From Macrostomum lignano (lineage: Eukaryota), in assembly GCA_002269645.1 (NCBI GenBank), contig NIVC01001484.1:179346-203962 (forward strand): a stretch of 24,617 nt of DNA, in the 5' to 3' direction. Position 1 is the stretch's first letter; every line of letters starts with the position of its first letter. Positions 15,986 to 24,617 of this stretch are shown piece after piece. Under the pieces are notes generated by a model. It saw only the letters and a list, made by a program, of their open reading frames with translations. It searched no databases and was not told the origin of the DNA. Both the position numbers and the translations under genes were made by a program.

Positions 15986-17465
15986 ACTTCACATTGCCGA
16001 GCACGCTCTTACGAGGTACATAAGGTTCGGCCTAGTGAAAGAGAGTGCTTTTCGGCAAAGTGAAATTTTTGCCTAATGAAAGCGCCCCGTGAATTTGTTG
16101 CGGTTGTAAATTTTTATTGAGTTTTTAATATTTGTACGTTTGTAACTCACGCTAAAAATATCAACTCTTTCGTTTCAGACGACACACAAATCTCGAAGTA
16201 TAGATAGTTACAAGCAGATACTGTTGTTCATTGTAGTAAATGTAAGACAGGACAAGTATGCAAAACAGATTAAGCGTTGTTGTTGAAAGGCTAAACTTTG
16301 TAATTAAAACGTAAAAAATATAGTTACTGTAACATTCACATGGGTATTAACGGCTTAATAAGCCTTAAAAGAGTTAGTAACCAGTTAATGAAACATATTG
16401 ATAAAAAGTTAGTTTAATTATTCAAACACATAGTTCTCAACACTCAAATTTGATAAATCTAACTGTCGTTAATGCTGAAATTATTGACACACCTAACTCA
16501 GTGTCAAGAAATGAACGAACTTTATTTTCAGAAAAAAGCTCTCTTGACGGTTCGGATCTGTAGTGTCTTGGAAATTTAGCTGGCCTCTCTATTCACTGGT
16601 GTACTGGTGTTAACGCAGCAAAAGGGTGACAGGGGATACAGAAAATGCAAGGGAATGGGGAATCGTATATTTTCGATATTGTACAGGCCCACTCCCTCCA
16701 CTCTCCAAGTGGATTCAAATTTCTGGCTGCGCCAAAAGTGTTCCTTTTCGAAGCCATTCATGGAAGCAGATAGATTTTAGCTCAGTTCTAGCCCACAGAC
16801 CTGCTTCTAAGTTATATAGTTGTTTACTTTATGGGAGACTGAGTTCGAACAGAAAAGGCCTGTTTGATAGATAGCAAAGAAGCGGGCAGTGTGTTGGTGG
16901 GGAAGTATGTATCAATTTTATTTCGAACTGAATTGCGAGAGAGATATATCGTGTAGAGGAGCAACTCAAAGCCTGTCGAGCCGACATTTTTTATGGCCAC
17001 AACAGCTGCCTCTGTCTCTTTATACCCCACCCCCATAAGAAAAAAGCTTATTTCGAGCCTCTGTTTGATCCAGGCATGTCCAGGCCAGCAGGGTTCACAG
17101 ACCATGAATAAAATGGGTCCCACGATTTCTATTAGCTATATAGCTATAAATCTTGGTTCAACAAATCAAAACAAAGAGAGCAAAGCAGAACAGAGAAAAA
17201 AACAGTCTAGCGTTCTCGATGTTTCAGTCTCTGTCTTTGTGTATTGATATTGCCAGTTCACAGTCGAATAAGCTAGTAGTTTTTTTCGGTAGATGCATGC
17301 GAGCCCTGCGAGGCGGAGTCGAGAAATCAAAGCAGCTGATCGATGATTCCAAAACAGCTGTGGGAAATGATACGAGTTTCAATAAGTTAGGCAATACACT
17401 TGTTTAGAAACCTTGAAAAAAAAACGTTGGGTTAAAATTGACTTACGAATCAGTTCATATCTAAT

Positions 17466-19429
17466 CTAATCCCTGTCGCCCGTTAGAGGCACAACGTGGA
17501 AACGACTTTCTGCGTCAGTTGCTTCGGTATCCAGATTTTTTGAAGGCCAAATCCAGCATTTGCGTTGCGGCACACCACTAGTGACAATCGATGTAAGGCG
17601 GTAAATCCCAATTCCAAGCGTGAGGGATTCGTATGGGTACGAGTAAACGTCACTCTCGGGAAGAAGAATCCTGCCAGAAACTAGTCCACTTGCTGAAAGG
17701 CTGTCGATGTAGACGCACGTATTGCAGGTTTCATCGACAAAACAGCAGTTGTCACCTGCTGTCGGCCGGTATCTTAGTGCCGGAATGCTGTGGTTTTGAA
17801 GCAGCGTTTGCTTTCTCACCTTAAAAACTTGTTGGACGCAATGGGCTGCAAGGTGCCTTGTGACTTTAATGCTTCGCTTCACTGCACCCAGATAGTTTTC
17901 AAATGCAAACGTTGAGAAGTAATTAATATCTGCGTGTTGCCGCACGAACTGATCTAAATGAAGCAAAGCATGAATGTTATAACTAACGGACTGCTGTCCA
18001 AAAAGTTCCGCTGTTTTTAATACGAATTCTTCAATACATTTTTTAGCGTGGTCATACAAGTCGATCAGCCGCCTATCAGAGTAGACATATAGAGCAAAGT
18101 GCAGAAGCAAGAAATGATTAATATATTTTTCCTGCACGAAGCCTCGAAACAGAATCGGTCCCAAATAAAGTAAAAATTGGCGAAATTCTGTTGCTTTCAT
18201 GTACTGTAAGTTTATATCAATTCGCCGAGGCCGTCTCTGAAACTCTGACGGTGTCCACGAAGCAACCAAAGTGATCTTATCCGACATTCGGCGCAACTGT
18301 GTCGGATTAAGCTTGCATTCACCGGCTGGTCCTTTGCCAAAGTATAAGTTCATTAGCTTGCGAACAACACCAAGACAAACAGCATGCTGATAATCAAGAG
18401 GAAAAGACGTGACAAAATCTATGCTCGGCAAATCCAGTAGCGGAGAACGAATCCTGCTTTTTGTTTCCTGGTTCCTCTCCATCCCTGCGCGATAGATCTT
18501 TCCGCAGCGGCTTTCTCCAGCCGTCAGTGCATAAGTCACACGGTTTGCAACACGAGGCCCTACCGCTCGGCAATAGCTGCAGCCATGATAGGAGTTGTGA
18601 TTCAAGGTTGCCATTAAAAATGCTCGGCGGGGGCGTCGCAAACGAAATAAATTGTTGATAGAGTAATGGAGACGTCTTTACTAATTGTGACAGGACCAGA
18701 AAGAAATTTTGTGGCCTCTTGGCAAAATTCTTGAAGGTAGGGCAAAAGTGGAGGTTTTCCAACGCCGGCCCAAACTCCCACCGGAAAAGGCTTTGCGAAT
18801 GCGCCAGGAATTTTCATTAAAATAGGCCACAGTCCGAATCCACTCGAATGGTAGAGTGGTAAACCATCGCAATTGACGATTCCTTCGAACTTAAACACTT
18901 TAGGAGTGGAACTTTGATCATCACGGTGCTCATTCTCGGGCATCAGTCGCAGCAGACCTTGGCTGAGCAGCAACTGCAGGTTATCAAGAATCGACACATA
19001 CCGGAAGTGTCCATTGCCCATTGGAGTTGTCTTTCCAGTGGGTTGATCTTCTTTCAGAATTCGCTCGACTGTTTTATAGTTAGGTGCTGGCAAATCAATC
19101 GCACGAAGTCCGGCCAGTAGGAAAATAGCCGCTGGTCTGGAATAGCCAAAGATGGTGAAGAAACTGACCAGCAAGTCCAGCAGTTTCTTCTCTGTTGAGC
19201 GAATATCCTGGGGTTTCTCTTCCTCTTCATCGTCAGTGCTGCTCAACGACCGAAGCTCATCAAAGCCAGCTTCTTCTTCCTCAACTTCAGCAGTTTCTGT
19301 CGGCTCCTCCGTGACATCAACTTCTACAGGGCTAGCTTCAGGCATTGCTTTGCCATAGCCGACATCGTCCCGGAGAAACCTAGTCATTAGGAAATCATCC
19401 GCTCTTCTTCGTTTGCTCCTTGATGCCAT
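17466..19429 (-). CDS. EnSpm/CACTA (Tnp2-type) DDE transposase, split by one 1-nt frameshift at about 18626
   Basis: ORF 19429-18614 and ORF 18641-17466 join at CDAPA/RAFL. Motifs: NCDGLPLYHSS...LWPIL, CDAPARAFL, HNSYHGCSYC, PLDYQHAVCLGV, PSEFQRRPR, KATEFRQFLLYLGP, YNIHALLHL, FSTFAFENYLG. The putative catalytic D, D and E are all present. Confidence 0.9.
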
Positions 19430-19758
19430 GACGTATAATTACGTTTCCGTTTCGTTCAATAAAATTTTAAACAAATAATCAAATTTGAATGATCAAGAAT
19501 TTCTAATCAAAATTGTAAGATGAACAACACCAACACTCTGCCATCGCCCGCACTGAGCGCTTAGCCAATCCAGCGAAAGGGCGGGCCAACCGCAATCGGA
19601 TCCCATTGGCTAATTTGCTGAATGGTGCCACTGCCACCCCGATATTTGAAACTATGACTTGTCTTCTTAACTTCCAACTGCTCTACTACCTTCCCCGTGC
19701 AATTGTCGTGCGATCTGCGTGCTTTGTCAATCCAAAAAATCATTTTTTAAGTTTAAAA

Positions 19759-22084
19759 ATGAAATTTTTAGTTGTTTTTGCAATTGACAGACAAGTAGTT
19801 GAGATGATGGAAGAGGATGTGATTCTGCCTTCACATCTAAAAAATCTGACAGAGCAGGAGTGGCTCGATAGGAGCCATTGTACATTAAAATGGAAATGTG
19901 AAGTGCTGTACAACGAAAAGTATTACGAAGCTTACATTGTTCAGGTAAGAATTTAACAATATTTTATTGATTTTCTGATTTTCGGTGATTTTAAAAAAAA
20001 TGAACTAATGAAATTGATGCATAAAAATTCAAGAAATAACCTACAAATCATTTTAGGTTATTATGGAAGACTGTCTGGAGGCCAGCAGCTTCAGCTACGC
20101 AAGAGAATTAATTAGGAAGAAGAAACGGCTAGCCGATGTACTAGAGAAAGTGCAGCCACGCGTCTTCACCCGCGAAGATTGGAGAAGGGCCCGCAGCCGT
20201 TATCAAATAAGGGTAAGCTGTTATTCCAAGTCAACTAGTGGGTCAGTATGTGGGTGAGTCAGTGGATGAGTGGTTCAGTGAGTAGTTTGCCTTCCACATC
20301 CTCCTATTTAGAATGAGGCAACTGGATCAGCCTCAAACACGGATGATTTCTTTCAAAGCGATCCGGAGTCTGATGCTGAATTTGTTGCCACGACGAATTC
20401 GACGATTTCGAAAGGCTCTGCATTGCCGCCACTTCCACCGGCATTTGCTGCTGCTAGAAACGCAGAGACCCCAGCAGCGGTTGCGGCAGCGAAAGAGATC
20501 GAAGCCTCTAAAAGTGCGGCCTCCACAGCCGCAGCTGCGGAGGCTTTAGCGGCAGAAGCGGCAGCGCCCGAAGCGGCAGCGGCGGAAGCGGCAGCGGCGG
20601 AAGCGGCAGCGGCCGAAAGGGCAGCGGCGGAAGCGGCAGCGGCGGAAGCGGCAGCGGCCGAAGCGATAGCGGCGGAAGCGGCAGCGGCGGAAGCGGCAGC
20701 GGCGGAAGCGGCAGCGGCAAAAGCAGCACAGGCGGCGGCGGCGAAGGCGGCAGCAGCGAAGGCGGCAGTGGCAAAAGCGGAAGCGGCAAAGGCAGCTGCA
20801 GAGGCGTCGACGATTCAAAAAACTCTACTGAGCACTGCTGCTGATGCTGGCACACCTGCTGCTGGCACAGACGATCGGCCAGTCCGCTTGCAGTTCGGGC
20901 CGGGCCCAATCAAGAGGCTGCAAGAACAGCTTCAGTCTATTGCGCCAATGCCCTTAAATTCCGCTGACGGCCTCGTATTCCTCCATGTATCTCAGCTGCG
21001 AGAGCTGGTCCAGCGGACAATGAAACTGGAGGAAAGCCAGCAGCAGATAATCAACATACTGGCTGGAATTCAGGCCCGTCTGGATCAGCGGGCAGGGCAA
21101 TCAGCCAGCTTGCTGTTTGAACCTCTGAGTTCACTGGAGGAGTATGCTCGCTTCCTCGCTGATTTGCCTTCTGAGCGAGTTTTGACTTTGGTAAGTTTCA
21201 GTGTTAACCTATTTTAATTAAAAAATTCCCCTACTTGCTACTGCTTCTGAGGAGTAAGTAGTAAAAGTAGTTTCGTTTCTATATTAATCGAAATTAAGCT
21301 GGAACCCAACTTACTGTCACTTCCCTCAGATTAATCATCTCCGTCTATGCCGGCGCGGAGATTGGGCAACTGCAGTCACCGACATGGTCAATGTCATCCT
21401 GACGCCCCGACTGCAAGCACTTGTCAATTTCAATGGACAGGGCATGCGGAACAGGGTGTGCCAGTCTGGTGCAGCCACGGAGCTATCCGATCGGGAGCTC
21501 GCGTTTCAATCCAAGTTTTTGGGCTACATCCAAGGTACGATATTCTGTTATTAAGCTAAATGCAGCTAACCCTTCTTGCAATCTGTAACCCATAAAAACA
21601 ATTATAATTATAATGCTTATTTTACACGGATATAGTCATTTTATACCACAATCTTGTATAGTTATCGACCTATTTTGCATCCCTTGTTGGAATTGCAGAT
21701 GCCGTCTCAGCAATTTACGGCACCAGAGCGGAGGACGGCAGGCCGTCTCAGGATCTGGTCGCTAGCCAAGTGCGGCAGTACCTGAGGCACGGAGCTGACC
21801 GAATCTCGGGGCGGTCGCATCGCCGCAACACAATCGGTGCCATGACGCCATCAAATTCAATCAGCGCAAGAAGCGCAGCCTCGACTCCACAAGCCAGCGG
21901 GCTTTCGCAGGCCACCACATCTGCTACGCCGCAGCGGGCCCAGAAGCGGCCAGCTCCTACTCAGCAGCAGAGGGCAGCAAAGCGCCGCAGTGCGAATGTA
22001 AACAGAGCTGTTCGAGAAATGGATGATTTGATGGGGTCGAGTGACGATGAGTTTCGGTGTCCTTCCGACTACAGTGACGATTAA
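19759..22084 (+). CDS. CACTA accessory (second) gene, 5 exons, 603 aa, with an (EAAAA)n/(KAAAA)n helix and a DUF4806-like C-terminal domain
   Basis: Exons 19759-19944, 20057-20212, 20312-21190, 21330-21534 and 21699-22084. Donors gtaaga/gtaagc/gtaagt/gtacga; acceptors tttag/tttag/ctcag/tgcag; phases 0,0,0,1 all compatible; no internal stop. The C-terminus MVNVILTPRLQALVNFNGQG...F...IQDAV...VRQYLRHGADR resembles the DUF4806 pattern (recalled, not searched). Confidence 0.85.
20540..20805 (+). repeat. Coding 15-bp tandem repeat (GCGGAAGCGGCAGCG) encoding 12 E-x-x-A-x pentamers followed by K-led pentamers
   Basis: Direct translation of exon 3. Confidence 0.95.
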
Positions 22085-22350
22085 ATGCGTAATATAGTTA
22101 AAATAGTATCAGAAATGTGAAAGCCTATAGGCTAATTAAGGTGCTTTTGTAAGATACTGAGCTTAGAAGAGTTGCTGCTTAGTTATGCATAGATACGCAT
22201 AGGTCCGGGGTTTCAAGTCGGTAAAATAGGGTGGGGGACCTCACATCGTTCATTTGTTCATTTGTTCCCCTATTTGATTAAAAACTTCTGATCGTTGCAC
22301 GGGCCGCTACTGTTGCTGGCTGAAGTGGAGGAAAGTTAACAACTGACTCG

Positions 22351-22579
22351 AAGTGTCGGATCTGGAATTTCATTTCGGGGGGTCCCAGTGTGGGGGCGCC
22401 ATCAAGAGTATGAGGGGCGCCATTTTTAAGCTAGGGGGCGCAAAAAGTGTGTTAAAAGTAAAAAATGAAGCTATGCACAAAAAACTTAGGTTTTTAAACT
22501 TAGGTAAAAAAAATATTTTTATCAAGCTATTTTGATAGGGGGCGGCCGCCCTAATGCCCCCCCCCTCAATCCGCCCCTG
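22351..22579. mobile_element. Non-autonomous hAT-type MITE, 229 bp, with 8-bp TSD
   Basis: Ends AAGTGTCGGAT / ATCCGCCCCTG form a degenerate CAGGGGCGGAT TIR. Flanks CTGACTCG (22343-22350) and CCGACTCG (22580-22587) match at 7/8 positions. Confidence 0.7.
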
Positions 22580-23067
22580 CCGACTCGCTTCACTCCTGAT
22601 TTTGCTAATATTCATTTGTAATTTCTTTTTTAAAGAATTTTGCGCTTATTTATAAAATGTTTTAATGCCTTAAAATACTTGCAAATAATTAAAATACACG
22701 AACTACCTATGACTTAAATATACATTACGGAGTTGCCTGCACCAGTAGGAACAAAACGAAGCGAACAAGTCTTTGAATCATTCTAATAGCCTTAATTACG
22801 AAGCCAGTGATCGCTAATATCCCAAAATCGAAAAATCCAAAAAGCAGAAAAATCGTGAAAAAAATGCTGAGTGAATGCAGCAAAAAAGAAATTTGTGCTA
22901 ATTCTACTACTAATAGTAGGCTTATGAGCAAATTTCATCAGGCTCCGCCAGCGGCGCCGCCCCGGACGCCGGGGCGGAGGTCACGTAGCTCCATGGGGCG
23001 GCCGTCGCCCAAAAAAGGGCGGAGGCGCGGGCGGACATCGGGGCGGACGGAAAAGTCCCACTGGGTT

Positions 23068-23189
23068 GGAAGCGATCTGATTACAACGTGCACAAGAGCC
23101 GCGTGCCTTACGTACATAAGTTGAGTAGCGACATGTACTTGCTAATAGAAAACAATGTACAAGCTAGCACTGGCCAGAGTGGCATTACA
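23068..23189 (-). repeat. Gypsy 5' LTR, distal piece (122 bp)
   Basis: Begins right after the CACTA right TSD and ends in CATTACA (23183-23189), the inverse of TGTAATG at 13557. The minisatellite resumes at 23190. Confidence 0.75.
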
Positions 23190-23748
23190 GGTGTTTACCT
23201 GTCTTAAGGTATGTGGGTGGTTGTCTACCTATCTTAAGGTATGTGGAGCATTGGAGTGGGTTTGTCTACCTGTCCTGAGGTATGTGGGGCATTTGAATGG
23301 TTGTCTACCTGTTCTGAGGTATGTGGGGCATTGGAATGGTTGTCTACCTGTTCTGAGGTATGTGGGGCATTGGAATGGTTGTCTACCTGTTCTGAGGTAT
23401 GTGGGGCATTGGAATGGTTGTCTACCTGTTCTGAGGTATGTGGGGCATTGGAATGGTTGTCTACCTGTTCTGAGGTATGTGGGGCATTGGAATGGTTGTC
23501 TACCTGTTCTGAGGTATGTGGGGCATTGGAATGGTTGTCTACCTGTTCTGAGGTATGTGGGGCATTGGAATGGTTGTCTACCTGTTCTGAGGTATGTGGG
23601 CATTGGAATGGTTGTCTACCTGTCTTGAGGTATGTGGGTGGTTGTCTACCTGTCTTGAGGTATGTGGGGCATTGGAATGGTTGTCTACCTGTCTTGAGGT
23701 ATGTGGGTGGTTGTCTACCTGTCGAGGTATTTGGGGCATTTGAGTGGA
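23190..23748. repeat. 39/30-bp minisatellite, right array (GGTTGTCTACCTGTTCTGAGGTATGTGGGGCATTGGAAT)
   Basis: Direct reading; same family and orientation as 10955-11190. Confidence 0.95.
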
Positions 23749-24069
23749 TGCCTTTTTCCGAACTCAAAATAAATTTCTCTGGCAATTTGATCTTCCCAAT
23801 TAAATTCTCAAGCCAGCATTAAGTTAAAGCTCACGAACGAAGCCACTGGTCCAATTAATTATCATTCGGATTAAAAATCTAAACGCTTTATTAAGCACAA
23901 ACAATCCTGTCAAAAGATTTGCCAAAGATAAAGGCGAGGCTTCTCAAATGTCTGATTAATGGGTTGCTTTTGTCAAATGGAAATGCTATTTTTCCACTAA
24001 GGTTTATATCGATCTTTTTAATTAACAGTATTTTTCTAATTGGATAGCCATTCTTATGTTGCAGTGATG

Positions 24070-24617
24070 ACTCTACCTATCTCCCTTTTTCTATTCTAAT
24101 CTACCTATTTTATACTCCCTCTATCTATCTGTTAATCTGTTATTCTATCTCCTTTCTATCTGTTATTCTATCTCCCTTTCTATCTGTTATTCTATCTCCC
24201 TTTCTATTCTACCATTTTATCTCCCTATCTATCTGTTATTCTATCTCCCTTTCTATCTGTTATTCTATCTCCCTTTCTATCTGTTATTCTATCTCCCTTT
24301 CTATCTGTTATTCTATCTCCCTTTCTATCTACCATTTTATCTCCCTATCTATCTGTTATTCTATCTCCTTTCTATCTGTTATTCTATCTCCCTTTCTATC
24401 TGTTTATTCTATCTCCCTTTCTATCTACCATATTTATCTCCCTATCTATCTATTTTTCTCCCTTTCTATCTGTTATTCTATCTACTTTCTATTGTTATTC
24501 TATCTCCCTTTCTATCTGTTATTCTATCTCCCTTTCTATCTACCATTTTATCTCTATCTATCTGTTATTCTATCTCCCTTTCTATCTGTTATTCTATCTC
24601 CCTTTCTATCTGTTATT
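24070..24617. repeat. 24-bp minisatellite (ATCTGTTATTCTATCTCCCTTTCT) with interspersed ACCATTTTATCTCCCTATCT units; runs off the window
   Basis: Direct reading. Confidence 0.95.

Larger units (their letters stand above)
13619..23065. mobile_element. EnSpm/CACTA (CMC superfamily) DNA transposon, 9,447 bp, both ends intact
   Basis: Perfect 11-bp TIRs CCCAGTGGGAC (13619-13629) and GTCCCACTGGG (23055-23065). Flanked by TT (13617-13618) and TT (23066-23067), a 2-bp TSD. Encloses a CMC-type transposase and a second gene. Removing it rejoins an LTR with TGTAATG/CATTACA ends. Confidence 0.88.
11192..23189 (-). mobile_element. Decayed Ty3/Gypsy LTR retrotransposon; internal part 11204-13556, 5' LTR split by the CACTA insertion
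   Basis: Order on minus: 5' LTR (23189-23068 + 13618-13557), PBS TGGCGTCGCAA (13555-13545), gag, RT end/RNase H, integrase, PPT-like GAGGAGGA (11211-11204) followed by TGT. The RT-RH-INT order indicates Gypsy rather than Copia. Confidence 0.88.

Noticed and set aside
15291-16004. 237-aa L/S/P/Y-rich ORF and similar ORFs at 14613-15020
   Set aside because: Readings of purine and pyrimidine satellites.
15985-16012. Partner TIR and TSD for the hAT-like end at 15268
   Set aside because: ACATTGCCGAGCACG is a poor inverse of the left end, and the flanks match at only 5/8.
22807-23124. 105-aa basic ORF
   Set aside because: Runs through the GC-rich subterminal repeats, the TIR and the LTR; it is a composite, not a gene.

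Overview
Eukaryotic, intron-rich, repeat-rich DNA, most likely from a flatworm (inferred from the EF-hand/dynein-light-chain 'TAL' gene; the style fits a Macrostomum-like genome, which is not proven here). Host genes: (1) a complete 3-exon TAL-type EF-hand + DLC gene on + (107-1995, 173 aa); (2) a minus-strand gene of 8-9 exons (9330-3954, about 650-670 aa) with a CAMK/AMPK-related kinase fold, a UBA-like segment and a low-complexity tail. Its Gly-loop, VAIK lysine, HRD aspartate and DFG are all replaced while the spliced frame stays open, which points to a pseudokinase. The right half is a nested set of mobile elements. A decayed Ty3/Gypsy element (about 11192-23189, minus) sits between two arrays of the same 39/30-bp minisatellite. 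Its 5' LTR is split by a 9,447-bp EnSpm/CACTA (CMC) transposon (13619-23065; 11-bp TIRs CCCAGTGGGAC, TT target duplication). That transposon carries two divergent genes, a transposase with one frameshift and a 5-exon 603-aa DUF4806-like protein with an (EAAAA)n/(KAAAA)n helix, and it in turn contains a hAT-type MITE with an 8-bp TSD. Also present: a MetaSINE-like tRNA-derived SINE, an RTE-like LINE fragment, a MITE with 59-bp TIRs, and many micro- and minisatellites. All calls were made by reading the sequence by hand; no searches were run.
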